This document shows, piece after piece, positions 11,398 to 24,612 of a stretch of 64,000 bases of DNA. Both the position numbers and the translations under genes were made by a program. Each line of letters begins with the position of its first letter. The stretch's first letter is position 1. Below the pieces are notes generated by a model. It searched no databases. It saw only the letters and a program-made list of their open reading frames with translations, and had not been told where the DNA came from. The stretch covers positions 999,909-1,063,908 of the forward strand of contig NW_025215381.1 of NCBI RefSeq assembly GCF_004010195.1. The letters run 5' to 3'. The DNA is from Chiloscyllium plagiosum (taxonomy: Eukaryota).

Positions 11398-13365
11398 GAT
11401 TGCACAGTGTTCAGCACCATTCACAACTCCTCAGATACTGAAACAGTCCATGTTCAAATGCAGCAGGACCTGGACAATATACAGGCTTGGGCTGAAAAGT
11501 GGCAAGTGACATTCATGCTATACAAATGTCAGGAAATGCTCATCTCCAAGGAGAGACAGCCCATGATATACATAGAATCATAAGGAGCCCTTTGGCCCAT
11601 TGCATCTGTACCAAGAAAAAAACTACTGCATATCTACACTGTACAGTCTTTCCAGAACTTAGCCCATAGTCTTGAATATTGTGTAATTTTAAGTGCTCAT
11701 CCAAGTACATTTTAAAGCTTGTGAGGTTTCCTGCCTCAACTATCCTCCCAGGCAGTGCATTCCAGCTTCCCACCACCCTCAAATCTACTCTAAACCTCCT
11801 GCACTTCACCTTCATGTTATGTCTCCTTGATATTTGACCCCTTCACTCAGGGAACATGCCACTCATAATCTTATACATGTAAATCAAGCCCCCTCTCCAC
11901 AAGTCACTGTGGATCCCATGTGGTCTTACCACCTTTATCCCTCTCCCATGTAGGACCTTGTCAAAGGCTTTGCTGAAATCCAAATGACCTACGTTGGCCT
12001 CGTCTACACACCTGGTTACCTCTCAAATTTCAATTAAGTTTGTCAGGCATGGCCTCCCTCTGACCAAGCCATGGTCTCTCTTATCAAACCTTGTCTCTCC
12101 AAGTAGAGATTAATTCTCTCCTTCAGCATTTTCTCGAATAGTTTCCCTACCACTGATGTGAGACTCACTGGTTCAGCTCGACCAGCCTCCTTAAAAGGTG
12201 GAACTGCATTCGTTGTCCTCCAGGTTGCTGGCATCTCTTCTGTGACCAAGAGAAGTTAAAAACTTGGGTCACAAGCAGCATGGTGGCTCAGTGGTTAGCA
12301 CAGCTGCCTCACAGTGCCAAAGGTTGTCTCACATGCAACTCTTCAGGAGGAAAAAACATCAAGAGAAAACAGAGAGAGGGAAAGAGAGTATTTGGGAGAG
12401 GTGTACCGCAGCCTCCAAACCCAGCAACTGCTATTGAAAAACTAAAACTAAACATCCTGGCTCTGGGAGAGCTTGACCCCAAACTTTCAGGCTGCTTCTA
12501 TTGTACCAACCTTTACAAAGCATCCCAAGACGCCTCAAGCTGTTTATTGGATTCAGATAGACAGCTTTTCATCTTTGTTTTGCACCTCTCTTCAAAACAA
12601 AAAGGACAAAATACACTTAAAGCCATAATATTGCTACACCCCAGCCCCCAGTTCTTCTGAAGCACAGAATCTTCCAGTCCTTAAGGCAAAAGCAAATCCT
12701 TGGAAGCTTTGCTTGACTGTTTCTTGTAAACAGTAGGTAACCCACATCACGCATTAAGCTGTTGATCTCATTTCCAAGAAATCCCTTGGCAAAAACTCTT
12801 CATTGCAAAGGATGCCCAGATAGTTAAGAAAAATCTTCCGGATAGCTCTTAAAGATAGATATGTATTCCCAACAAAGCAGGAAAGGTTTCTGTCCATGTG
12901 CCAATCAATTCCTTTCAATCCGTTTGCACCTTGGCCTTCTATATTCCGGTCATTATAAACTTAGTTTACATAACTTTTTCTTGTGATCTTGCATTCTTTG
13001 ACATGGTAACATTCCAGTGAACATCTGCATACCTTTCAAGATTATTTGGTCGTATGTCAGATATGGTGTTCAGAGTTGCTTTAATGTGTTGCCTGAATAG
13101 CGCTTTCTACAATTATTGTGAAACATCCTCCTTTTCATAATCAAGACCTCTCATTGTAAAAGTTAAAATTCCACTTTAATTATATTTGTGGACCTGGCTC
13201 TCTCATTTTAATGATCAGGGCACGCTTTAACCCCTTTGGAGCACAGCACCCCCTGAACTGAGTACAATTCTGAAGAGTATTTGTAGTGGAGGGACCTAAT
13301 GTATGAGGAACCAAGGTTCAAATGTGTGAATCATTTAAGGTGCTGGCTAGGTTAGGAAGAAGTGA

Positions 13366-13580
13366 GTTGATAAAACGTGGAGCTGGAAAGGCACAGCAGC
13401 GTCGGAGGAGCAGGACGTCGACGTTTCGGGTTAGGACCCTTCATCAGGACACCAGAGTCCCAACCTGAAACATCAACTGTCCTGCTGTCCAATGCTGCAC
13501 GATCTGCTGTGCCTTTCCTTCCAGCTCCACATTTTATCCACTTTGACTTCCAGTGTCTACAGTCTTTTCTATCTCCAAGT
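13366..13580. mobile_element. Short fold-back PLE-derived insertion (diverged arms)
   Basis: gataaaacgtggagctggaa...gacgtttcgggtt is inverted relative to aacctgaaacatc...ttccagctccacattttatc. Confidence 0.7.
13417..13450 (-). ncRNA. Minimal type-I hammerhead ribozyme motif (intact)
   Basis: - strand reads GTC CTGATGA A GGGT CCTA ACCC GAAA CG TC GAC: stem I GTC/GAC, stem II GGGT/ACCC, palindromic ACGT stem III, GUC cleavage triplet. Confidence 0.8.
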
Positions 13581-14641
13581 CGCTGAGAAACAAGTGAATT
13601 GGGTTAACTGGCAAAGGCAGGGTTGTGAAAATGGCTTAGTGGCTGTTGCTGAAATGTGCAGGCTGAATAGCCTCCTCCTGTACTGTTTTACATTTTTATG
13701 AAAACAAACCGTCTCGCACATCTGTAGAGAAGCTCCACCTATTGTAGTTTTGCACATTCAATTAATCTGCCAATGTCGCTTTGTAGGTTTCTCCCCTCCC
13801 CACCTCGATCACTAATTACCACCAATCTTTGTGTCATTAACAAGCTTAAAAGTTTGATCTTTATTATGTTATCAGGGTTGTTAGTAAATATATCGAGTAG
13901 TTGAGGCCCCCAACACAAATCCTCATGGGATCCCACTAATCACCAGCTTCCAGTTCAAGTGTCTACCTGTTGTCCCTACTCTCTAATCAATAACCTAACC
14001 TGTTTGCTTTGATTTTAGCTCAGTCTTTCATTTGAGCCACATAAGAATGCTTGTGGAATTCTATCAAAGTCACCTCCTGAAAAATGTTGGTTTGGATCAT
14101 TAGATAAAAACGCACCTTCACCACTGGCCGGGCCAGCATTTGTTGACTACAACTAGTTACCCAGAGAGGAGTTAAGTGTCAACTGGCTGTGGGTCTGGAG
14201 TTACATGTAGACCAGACCAGATAAGGATGGCACTTTACCTCCCTAAAGGACATTACTGATCCAGATGGTTTTTTCCTGACTGTCGGCAATGGTTTTTCAT
14301 GGTCATCATTCGTTACAGATATTTTTTATTGAATTAAAATTCCACCATCAAGGATTCTAACCCATACCTAAAACATTACCAGGGTCCTTGGATTAAAAGT
14401 CTGGTCATAATACCACTAGCCACCATCTCCCCTTACTTTTGCAATTTCTTCACTTACTTCCTTTTACACTGTCTGCGAATTAACTTCATTTGATAGGCTG
14501 AATGGCCTCTAACTGAGCTGTGCTTATTTTCTGATTCAACTTGTGGTTTGATTGGTATTTTTGACAGTGGGTCTGAACAGCAGTTCCACTGGCCTTCCCA
14601 GTCTGGATACCTCAAGATTAATGCATCTTCATGTCTGACAG

Positions 14642-14735
14642 GTTACCATAGTGACCAATGACATCATGACTATAGGAGGTGATAGTGGCCATTTACGCTG
14701 CCAAGGCGATGTGGAAAAAGCTGATGTGGTTGATG
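14642..14735 (+). CDS. NEURL4: NEURL4 coding exon (linker); not in ORF track
   Basis: tctgacag| ... |gtaagt; 94 nt, phase 0/1; VTIVTNDIMTIGGDSGHLRCQGDVEKADVVD(G), compare recalled human VTIV...QGDMEKADMVDG. Confidence 0.92.
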
Positions 14736-15006
14736 GTAAGTGAATGCAGTCCAAACATACTTAGTTTCAGGTGATCTTCCAGTGTGGGTGGCAAGAGAGG
14801 AAACTTTCAGCATCATGAGCCTTCCATTTAAGCCTAAACTGGCTGTGCAAGCAGTTATTTTTCCACTAGTTATCACTGCGAGCAATAGTGAAGGTTTATA
14901 ATATATTATCATTTGGGAATTTGGATTAAAAACTGAGGTAAATGGATTTTCAGTTCTGTGGAATTGATTTTTTTTTCAAAGCCATTTCTCAACAGAGAGT
15001 ATTTTG

Positions 15007-15303
15007 GGTGGCACAGTGGCTCAGTGGTTAGCATTTCTGCCTCACAGTACCCGGAACGGGGCTCAATTCCACCCTCAGTCTGTATGGAGTTTGCACGTTC
15101 TCCCTACATCTGTTCTTTGTGGGTTCCTCCCACAATCCAAAGATGTGCAGGTTAGGTAGATTACCATGCTAAATTGTCCATAATGACCAGGGATGTGCAG
15201 GCTCGTTGGTTTAGAGATATAGTGGGTCTGGGTGGGCTGCTCTTCAGAGGATCAGTGTAGACTCTGGGCGGGAATGGCCTGCTTTCACACTGTAGGGATT
15301 CTG
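15007..15303 (+). mobile_element. HE1-type SINE (diverged)
   Basis: ggtggcacagtggctcagtggttagca start, SINE body, cacactgtagggattct tail. Confidence 0.8.
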
Positions 15304-16641
15304 TTTTAAAGAAAATTTTTTCAAAAGTTGTGTTAAATGAGTTTAAATACCATTTTTAAGCAAGCATTTCATTTCAGCTAAATGATAAACAACCTGGGGA
15401 GTTAACTGAGGAAGTGTTTATAAAGCTGGACCTTTTTGACATGGAGAAAGAAGGGTCAGTGGCTGCAATGAGGTTTCAGTGAAGGAGAACAGTTTCATGC
15501 CAGCAGAAGGGCAGTTGAGCTTGTTGCATTTTCAAGCTTTAAGAGCTGGCAAAAAGTCTTAAAACTGTTTTAGCACTCAGTCAGGGAAAGTCAATAAAGA
15601 GGCCAGTGTCCATGTACCTCAGGGAGAGACAGTAATGGAGAGGATTGCATCTGGTGAATGTACAGAGTTACTGAAGCGAAAGATTTGCAAATTTGTCAGT
15701 TAAGTAAGAAACTAATTAGTTAAGATAGGAGTGAATACTTCACTGGGGTTGAGTGCCTGTAAAGGATATCACAGAGAAAGGAGTTAAATTTATCTTTGGG
15801 CTGAGTCATAATATCTTTCTAAATTGACTTCAATAGTTTTGCTTTTTTTTCTGTTGTGTGATAAGCTTCTGTTATTTTGCTGACTTAAAGACATTGTCAC
15901 CCTTGTGTTAATATGTTCAGTGACTCACCACCATGGTAGCCAAACTGCAAAAGTAAAACTTCTGATCTATCAAGTCAGGATTCACTCTAAGATCGGACTT
16001 CTTGAGAATTGTCATCAGCTTGGTTCATAAGACCAGACCAGAAGAGGAAAGACTTGCAGTTGTGTAGCACCTTTTCTCAGCCTCAGGACACCCCATTCTA
16101 ACCAGCAGACAGGGAGCAGGCAGGCAGTTCTGTAGCTGAAGGCATGACCCAAGGATGGTGTGGTGCCTCTCTGGTTCCAGGGTCAGGGATAACACTGAAA
16201 GGCTGCAGGGCATCCTGAAAGGGGAGGGTGGCGAGTTACATGTTGGTACCAATCATTTTGGCAAAGTGAGTAACGAGGTCTTGCATCAAGCATTCTGGGA
16301 GCTAGATGGTAGATTAAAAAGCAGGACTTCAATGGTTGTATTCTCTGGATTACTCCCAGTGCCACGTGCTAGCGAGTATGGAAATAGGAAAATAGGACAG
16401 ATGAATGTGTGGCTCGAATTGGTGCAGGACGGAGAGCTTTAGATTCCTGGATTATTAGGACCATTTTTTGGGGGAAGGTGGGACATATCCAATTGGAACG
16501 ATCTGCACCTGAACCACACTAGGACCAATACCATTGCAGGTAGGTTTGCTGATGCGGTTGGGGAGGACACATCATGCTACAGTAAAAGGAAGCAAGTCAG
16601 AGTCAGTTCAGCTGTACGGAGTGTCAAGAGAGTAAGACTAG

Positions 16642-17632
16642 AACATAGAACAGTACAGCACAGTTCAGGCCCTCTATGTTGTGCCAACCTTTTATCCTAC
16701 TCTAAGGTCAAACTGATGTCCATACCCTTCATTTTACTATCATCCATCTGCCTATCCAAGAGTCGCTTAAATGTCCCTAATGCCTCTGACTCTACTCCCA
16801 CTGCTGGCAGTGCATTCCACACACCTACTACTCTCTGTGTAAAAGACCTGCCTCTGACATCTCCCCTGAAGCTTTCTCCAGTCATCTTAAAATTATGCCC
16901 CATTATGATAGCCATTTCAGCCCTGGGAAAAAATCTCTGGCTATCCACTCTATGCCTCTGATCATATTGTACACCTTTATCAAGTCACATCTTATCCTTT
17001 TTCATTCCAATGAGAAAAGCCTTTCTTCATAAGACCTGCCCTCCAGTCCAGGCAGCATCCTGATAAGTGTCCTCTGCACCCTCTCTAAAGCTTCCACATC
17101 CTTCCTATACTGAGGCAACCAGAACTGAACACACTATTCCAAGTGTGCTCTGACCAGGGCTTTATAGAGCTGCAGCATAACCTTGCAGCTCTTAAACTCA
17201 ATCCTCTGTTAATGAAAGCCAACACGCCATGCGCCTTCTTTAAAAAAGTCGAGAGTGTGTTGCTGGAAAAGCACAGCAGGTCAGGCAGCATCCGAGGAGC
17301 AGGAGAATCGACGTTTCAGGCCGGAGCCCTTCATGAGGAATGCTTGGGTGGCAAATTTGAGGGATCTGTGAACGTTGGCCCCAAGATCCCTCTGTTCCTC
17401 CACACTGCCAAGAATCCTGCCTTTAACCCTGTTATCTGCATTCAAATTCAACCTTTCAAAATGAATCACTTCACACCTTTCCAGGTTGAACTCCATCTGC
17501 CACTTCTCAGCCCAGCTCTGCATCCTGTCAATGACCTGTTGCAACCTACATCAGCCCTCCACACTATCTCCAGCTCCACCAACTTTCACATCATCCGCAA
17601 AGCTGCTAACCCATCCTTCCACTTCCTCATCC
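16642..17632 (-). mobile_element. CR1 3' fragment nested in the older CR1
   Basis: 8-bp TSD AAGACTAG at 16634-16641 and 17633-17640; FADD...WAEKWQMEFN on - strand. Confidence 0.85.
17248..17341 (-). mobile_element. Short PLE-derived fragment with mutated hammerhead, nested in CR1
   Basis: - strand: attc ctcatga a gggctccggcct gaaa cg tc gatt...; same family as 36551 and 61795. Confidence 0.7.
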
Positions 17633-18977
17633 AAGACTAGGTGGTCCTTAACACTGTGTGTAATAGATAAGATTGCCGAGTTAAAAGTGTGGATTGACAT
17701 CTGGGAGTGTGATGTTGTCATCACAGAAAAATGGTCAAGGGAAGGGCTGGACTGGCACCTTAACATTCCAGGCTCGAGGATCTTGAGACAAGGCAGAAAA
17801 GAGTGTAAAAAGGATGGTGGTGTCAATTACTGCAATAAAGAGAGATGATATCCTGTAAGGGTCCTCAAAGGAGGCTTTGTGGGTAGAAGAGGCAGACACT
17901 TTACTGGGAATTTATTGTAGTCCCGCCAAAGAGTTGGTGGGAAGTAGAAGAGCAAATATATAGACCGTCCACAGAGGTGTGTAAGAGTAATAATTGAGTA
18001 ACTATGCTAGGGGATTTCAACTTTCCAAACGTAAATTGGGATAGTCATAGTGTTAAGCATATAGATGGGGCAGGATTCTTGAAATGTATCCAGAGGAGTT
18101 TTCAATAAGGGACACCACAGTGTTGGCCTGCAAAAGGTGGCTTTGGATTGGTGGGGGAAGGCAGATTTTTATTAAAATAAAGCAGGATCTAGTCAAAGTT
18201 GACTGGGAACAGATCCTTGTGGGTAAGACTACAGCGGAGCAGTGGCAGGGCATTGAGAAAGCAGCAGCAGTTAGTTCGGGTGTCCAGGTCAATTCCGGAC
18301 TGGATGAGGAAGAAGCGGAAGGCCTTTAGCAAGTCGAGAGGGAGCAGTTCAGCTGCAGCCTGAGAGGAAATGCTAGAGGGAAAGCAATTAGAAGAGACAA
18401 AAGGGATATGAGAAAGGACTTGCGAACAGAATGAAGGAGACTCCTAAGATGTTTTCTCAATATATTAAAGAGAAGAGATTAACCAGGGAAAGCGTTGGGC
18501 TTATTAGGGACCAAGGGGGCAACCAGTGTGTGAAGCAGCAGGATATTGGAAGAGTGTTAAATGAATACTTCTCTTTGGTCTACACTCTGGAACGGAGAAT
18601 GTAGGTATGGAATTCAGGAAAAGAGACTGTGAGGAACTTGCACAGTTTGACACAGGAAATGAGGATGTATTGGAGGCTCTGCCAGGCTTAATAATGGAAA
18701 AATCCCTTGGCTCAGATGAATTGCATCCCAGACTGCTATGAGAGGTGAAGCAGGAAAGTGCAAAGGCTCTGACACAAAGTTTTAATTCCTCTCTGGCCAT
18801 GGGGGACATGCCAGAGGACTGAAGGACAGCTAATGTGGCTCCATTTTGTAAGGAGGATGGCAGAGATGAGCCAGGAAATTACAGACTGGTGAGTCTCACA
18901 TCCCTGATAGGGAAACTTAATAGATAAGGTTAATAGCCACTTGGAAGGGCATGGATTAAGTAGAGATAGTCAGCACA

Positions 18978-19560
18978 GCTTTGTCAGAGGGTGGTCACTT
19001 GATTTGATTTGTGATTGTCACATGTACCTAAGTACAGTGAAAAGTTTTGTTTTGCGTGCTATACAGGCAAATCATAACAAACAAAGATCAGAGCAAGGGA
19101 TACAAAGTTATAGCTGCAAAGAAGGTGCACAAAAAGCAAGATCGACATTCGATTTGAAATTTGAGATGTCCATTCAGAAGTCCAATAACAGCGGGGGAGA
19201 GGCTGTTCTTAAACCAGTTGGTATGTGTGTTTAAGGTTGCATCTTTTGCCTGATGGGAGAGGTTGGAAGAGATTATAACCCCCAGGTGGGTCTTTGATGT
19301 TGGCTGCCTTTCTGTGGCATCGAGAAATGCAGATAGATGGAAGGTTGGCTTGTGTGATAGTTTGGATGGTGTTCACATTCTGTAGTTTCTTATGGTCCTG
19401 GGCAAAGCAGTTGCTGTACCAAGCTGTGATGCATCCAGATAGAATACTTTCTGTGCTGCATCTGTAAAGGTTGGTGAGGATCTTTATGGCCTTGCCAAAT
19501 TTCCAAAGTCTCTTGAGGAAGAAGAGGGTTGTTGTGCTTTCTTTACCATCGCATCACCGT
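18978..19560 (-). mobile_element. Rex1/Babar-type LINE 3' fragment
   Basis: - strand gives decayed VKKAQQ.LFFL..L.KFG...LTNLYRCSTESILSGCITAWYSNC, then a 3' UTR shared with 2236-2500. Confidence 0.7.
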
Positions 19561-20848
19561 AACTTGAAAGGGCACGGGTTAATTAGGCTTTGTCGGAGAG
19601 AAGTCTTGCCTAATAAGTTTGTTAGAATTTTTCAAAAATGTGATGCAGGTATGTTGATGTAGTTTTTGACAAGATACCATGTGGGGAACTGATAGAGAAG
19701 TTGAAAGCACATAGAATTCAGGGAAACCTGGCAAGGTAGATCTGAAACTGGCTCAGTAATATAACACAAAGGATAGTGGTAGAAGGCTGTTTGAGTGACT
19801 GGAGGCTGGTGTCCAGTGGTGTACCACAAGGATCAATACTGACACCCTTATTATTTGTTATATACAGAAATGATGTAGGTGAAAATATGGGAGGAATGTT
19901 AAGCAAGTTTGGAGACGACACCAAGGTAGGGTGGTTAATTGTGAGGAAGATAGTTGTAGGTTGCAGGAAGACATAGATGGGTTGGTCAGATGGACAAAGC
20001 AGTGGCAGGTGACATTTAACCCTCAAGTGCAAGATGATGCATTTTGGAAGAAACAACAAGATGAGAGATTATTTAATGGTAGGACTCTGGGTCGCTTGGA
20101 GGAACAGAGGGATCTTGGGTAATTATTCACAGATCCCTGAAGTCAGCAGAGCATGTGAGTAGGATAGTTAAGAAGACAAATGGGACATTTGCTTTCATCA
20201 GTTGTGGGACAGAGTATAAGAGCAAGGAGGTAATGTTGGAGTTGTGCAGAGTGTTGATTCGGCCATAGTTGGAGTACTGTGTACAATTTTGGGCACCTCA
20301 CAACAGAAAGAATATGATAATACTAGAAAGGGAACAGAGAAGCTTCACCAGGATGTTACCTAAGTTGGAGAAATGGAGCCATAAGGAAGACTGGATAGGC
20401 TTGGATTGTTTTCTTTTGAACAGCGAAGACTGAAGGGGAACAGGATTAAGGTGTACAAGATTGTGAGGGGTATGGACAGGATGAATAGAGAGCAGCCGTT
20501 CCCTTGGTTAAGGGGTGAATCACAAGGGGATGTAGTTCTAGGGTAAAGGTCAGGAGATTCAGAGGGGATTTGAGGAAATTTGTTCACTCAAAGAATGGTG
20601 AGAATCTGGAATGCACTGCCTGAGAAGATAGTGGCTAGAAACCTTACATCCTGTAAAACATATTTGAACGAGCACTTGAAAGGAAACTGGGTAAGTGCAG
20701 GAAATTAGGATTAGCGCACCTTTAGTGGTAGCTACGTTGGTTCAAACTCAATGGACCTTTTCTGTGCTTCATGAGTTTATGACTCTGGCTTTCTGGTGGG
20801 GTAGGACTCTCCACTCAATCCTGTCTCCTCCAGGTATCATCATAAAAT

Positions 20849-21186
20849 CATAGAATCCTAACAGTGTGGAAGCAGGCCATCTTGTCCACATCGCCAGTCC
20901 GAAGAGCATTCCACCCATACCCCCAATTACCCTTTCCCTGTAACCCCGCATTTCCCATGGCTAGTCAACCTAACCTACACATCCTTGGACACTATGGGCA
21001 ATTTAGCATGGACAGTCCACCTATCATGCATGTCTTTGGACTGTGGGAGGAAACCAGAACACCCTGAGGAACCTCAAGCAGACACTGGGGAAAATATGTG
21101 AATTCCACACAGTCGCCCAAGGATGGAATTGAACCCAGGTCCCTGGCGCTATGAGGCAACAGTGCTAATGACTGAGTCACCGTGGC
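20849..21186 (-). mobile_element. HE1-type SINE
   Basis: Same family; ends ~65 nt upstream of the exon at 21251. Confidence 0.85.
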
Positions 21187-21250
21187 ATCTGCAGGTATCC
21201 AATAGGTAATTTTATTCTTTCCCATTAACCCTCTGTTGTTCTTTCCTCAG

Positions 21251-21358
21251 GTATTAAGGAGAATTTGTGCTGGACACCACCGCCTGAAGTGAATCCCATG
21301 AAAACATGTGAATATCAAGCACTTTGTGCAAGGTTCAAGGAACTCCTTCCATTGCCAG
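21251..21358 (+). CDS. NEURL4: NEURL4 coding exon; not in ORF track
   Basis: ctttcctcag| ... |gtgaag; 108 nt, phase 1/1; (G)[35 protein letters not shown]. Confidence 0.93.
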
Positions 21359-21924
21359 GTGAAGAGAGAGATTTTCATACTTTGGGACCGATTTGAACAA
21401 CAAACATACTTGGGGACAGAGGTGCTGGTCATCTGCACCAGGGTATCAGCAGCAGCCAAAACCTCAAGTTTCAACAATGGGCAGATTATTGAAACATGGT
21501 TAGACTGAGAGCATGACAGCTTCTGGCTGCAAAAGTGTCATTATTGTATGGAACTGTTATTAAGCAATGAGATTGGGTTGGAGACGTTGGATTTGTTTTC
21601 CTCCGGGTGGAGGAGATTGTGAGGAGATTTCATCAAAGTGTATGCAATGATGACAAGATTGAATGAGACAGACAAGGAAAGGCTTCTGTCAGTTAATGGT
21701 GCACGGACTAGGGAACACAGATTTAAGATTTTTAGGTGACAGAGACAGGGGTGGAAGCAGTGAAGATGCACAATTTCAAGAGGAGATCAGACACATGAAT
21801 GAAGGAAATAAATCAGCAGGCGCTATAGGAAAAGTATGGTGGGAGTGGGACCAAGTGAACAGTTCAACAGAGAACTGCAAGATTAGTCACGTCGGGATTG
21901 CACAAGCACACTCCATGTCAGCAG

Positions 21925-22470
21925 CATTTGTGGTAAGCTAGCAGAGTTAACGTTTCAGGTATAGTGATCCTTCTTCAGAACTGAGTGTAGCTAGGAAAAG
22001 GTTGGTGTACAGGCTGCAGGTGGGATTGGGGGAGGAGTAAGCAATAGCTGGAGATGGAGCCCCAAGAGAATATTAAATGGGCAGACAAAAGAATGGGTAA
22101 AGCCGAATCAATAGCTGCTAAAGGGGACTACTACTGGCTGACCATGAGTTGTTTGTGGTAGCAGCCAATGTGATGACAAGGCCTGGTGTGTGGGAGCTGG
22201 GGTAGGAGCGTGGGTGAAGGTGCTCAGGACCTAAAAATGATTGAATTCAATGTTGCCACCTGAAGGCTACATGGTCCCAAAGTGGAAAATGAGATGCTGG
22301 AGCACCACAGCAAGCCTGAGACAGTGGTGTTGGTCAGTGAACATCATGGTGTGTTAAAGTGGCAAGTAACAGAAGCTCAAGATCAATTTTGCAGACAGAA
22401 CATAAGTGTTCTTTAAAACAGTCACCCAGTCTGTGTTTGAAGTGTCCCATCACTGATATAGGAATGGTGG
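21925..22470 (-). mobile_element. PLE-like fragment with partly decayed hammerhead at 21945-21982
   Basis: - strand AGTT CTGAAGA a ggatcactatacct GAAA CG TT AACT; the right-hand extent of the element is uncertain. Confidence 0.5.
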
Positions 22471-22889
22471 CATCCAAGTTATGCACAAGCAGACCACGCA
22501 AACATCAAATTGGGGCAGCTGTAAAGAGTGTGAAGGAACATAATGGCCTGAACGTAGGTGTAAACCGATCTCTGAAGGACGTGTAGAGGGTGTGGTTAGC
22601 AGAGCTCTCTGACTAGAGGTATTGAGTAGAAAAGTAGGGAAGTTATTTTGAATTTTTGCTGAGCCTTATTAGGCACCAACTGGAGTATTGTGTCCACTTC
22701 TGGTACCCACACTAATTGGAAAGGATGTCAAGATCAGAGAGAGGGTGCAGAGGAAATTTCCTGAACTATTCCAGAGATGAGGAAGGTTTTAGCAATGAGA
22801 TTGGGTTGTAGAAAGTGGCCTTGTTCTCCCTGGAGCAAAGGAGATTGAGGAGAGCTTTGATTTCGATATCATATTCATATTCATATTCT

Positions 22890-24612
22890 TTATTCATATA
22901 TAAGGAGCAAGAGGGTAATTAAGGAAAGGGTTGGCCACTCTGGGACAAAGGAGGAAAGATATGTGCGGAGTCAGAGAAACTGGGTGAGATTCTTAAGTAC
23001 TTTGCATCGCTATTCACCAAGGAGAGAGACGTGGCGGATGTTGAGATTAGGGATAAATCTTTGATTTCTCTAGGTAAAGTCAGTATAAGGAGGGAGGAAG
23101 AGTTGGGTATTCTAAGGTGGACAAGTCCCCAGGTCCAAATGGGATCTATCCCAGGTTACTGAGTGATTCGAGAGAGGAAATAGCTGGGGCTTTAACAGAT
23201 ATATTTGCAGCATCCTTGAACATGAGGGAGGCCCCAGAGGACTGGAGAATTGTTAATATTGCCCCCTTGTTTAAGAAGGGTAGCAGGGATAATCCAGGTA
23301 ATCACAGACCTGTGAGCCTGCCGTCAGTGATAGGGAACCTGCTCGAAAAGATACTAAGGAATGGGATATATACCCATTTGGAAGAAAAAGGGCTTATCAG
23401 TGATAGGCAGCATGGTTTTATGCAGGGAAGGTCTTGTCTTACAAACCTAATAGAAGTTTTTGAAGTGGTGACAGTGATTGATGAGGGAAGGGATGTAGAT
23501 GTCATATACATGGACTTTAGAAAGATGCTTGATAAGGTTCCCTGTGGTAGGCTGATGGAGAAGATGAAGTCACATGGGGTCCAGGGTGTTCTGGCTAGAT
23601 GGATAGAGAACTGACTGGGAAACAGGAGACCAGAGTAGTACTGGAAGGGAGTTTCTCAAAATGGAGACCTGTGCCCAGCGGTGTTCCACAGGGATCCACG
23701 CTGGGACCACTGCTGTTTGTGATATACATAAATGATTTGGAGGAAGGTGTAGGTTGCCTCATTAGCAAGTTTGCAGATGACACTAAGATTGGTGGAGTAG
23801 CAGATAGTAAAGGGAATGTCAGAGAATATAGCAGAATATAGATAAATTGGAGAGTTGGGCCGAGAAATGGCAGATGGAGTTCAACCTGGACAAATGCGAG
23901 GTGATGCAATTTGGAAGATCCAATTCAAGAGCAAACTATACTGTAAATGGAAAGGTCCTGGGGCAAATTGATGTGCAGAGAGATCTGGGTTTCAGGTCCA
24001 TTGTTCCCTGCAGATGGCAACGCAGGTCAGTAGAGTGTTCAAAAAGACATATGACTTGCATTCCTTCATTGGACAGGGTATTGAGTACAATGGTTGGCAG
24101 GTCATATTGCCACTTTTGGAATACTGTGTACAGTTCTGGTCGCCACATTACCAAAAGAATGTGGATGCTTTGGAGAGGGTGCAGAGGAGGTTCACCAGGG
24201 TGTTGCCTGGTATGGAGGGCACTAGCTATGAGGAGAAGTTGAATAGATTAGGATTATGTTCATTGGAAAGAAGGAAGTTGAGGGGGGACCTCATTGAGGT
24301 CTACAAAATCATGAGAGATATTGACAGGTGGATAGCAAGAAACTTTTTCCCAGAGTGGAGGACTCCATTACTAGGGGTCACGAGTTCAAGGTGAGAGGAA
24401 AGTTTAGGGGAGATATGTGTGGAAAGTTCTTTATGCAGGGTGGTGGGTTCCTGGAACGCATTGCTAGCAGAGGTGGTAGGGGCGGGCATGATAGCATCAT
24501 TTAAGATGTATCTAGGCAGACCCTTAGAAAATAGGCAGCAGGTTTAAATAGAGGATCTGGATCGGCAGAGGGCCAAAGGGCCTGTTCCTGTGCTGTAATG
24601 TTCTTTGTTCTT
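22890..24612 (+). mobile_element. CR1 LINE ORF2 (RT) 3' half, frameshifted
   Basis: [59 protein letters not shown]; (ttcttt)n tail. Confidence 0.9.

Larger units (their letters stand above)
10660..11560 (+). mobile_element. L2/CR1-group LINE RT fragment split at FADD by a PLE-like insertion
   Basis: DIKAAFDRVWH...FINDLPSII...MFADD, resuming at ~11398 with DCTVFSTIHNSSDTE...QQDLDNIQAWAEKWQVTF. Confidence 0.75.
16100..20770 (+). mobile_element. Degraded near-full-length CR1 LINE (ORF1 SGNH esterase, ORF2 APE + RT) with nested insertions
   Basis: ORF1-like WCLSGSRVRD...LHVGTN...FSGLLPVPRASEYGNRKIGQMNVWL (16155-16442); APE from ~17650 (gDFNFP at ~18010); RT SGVPQGSILTPLLF/KFGDD (~19810-19920); 3' end ~20770. 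May be more than one element. Confidence 0.75.
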
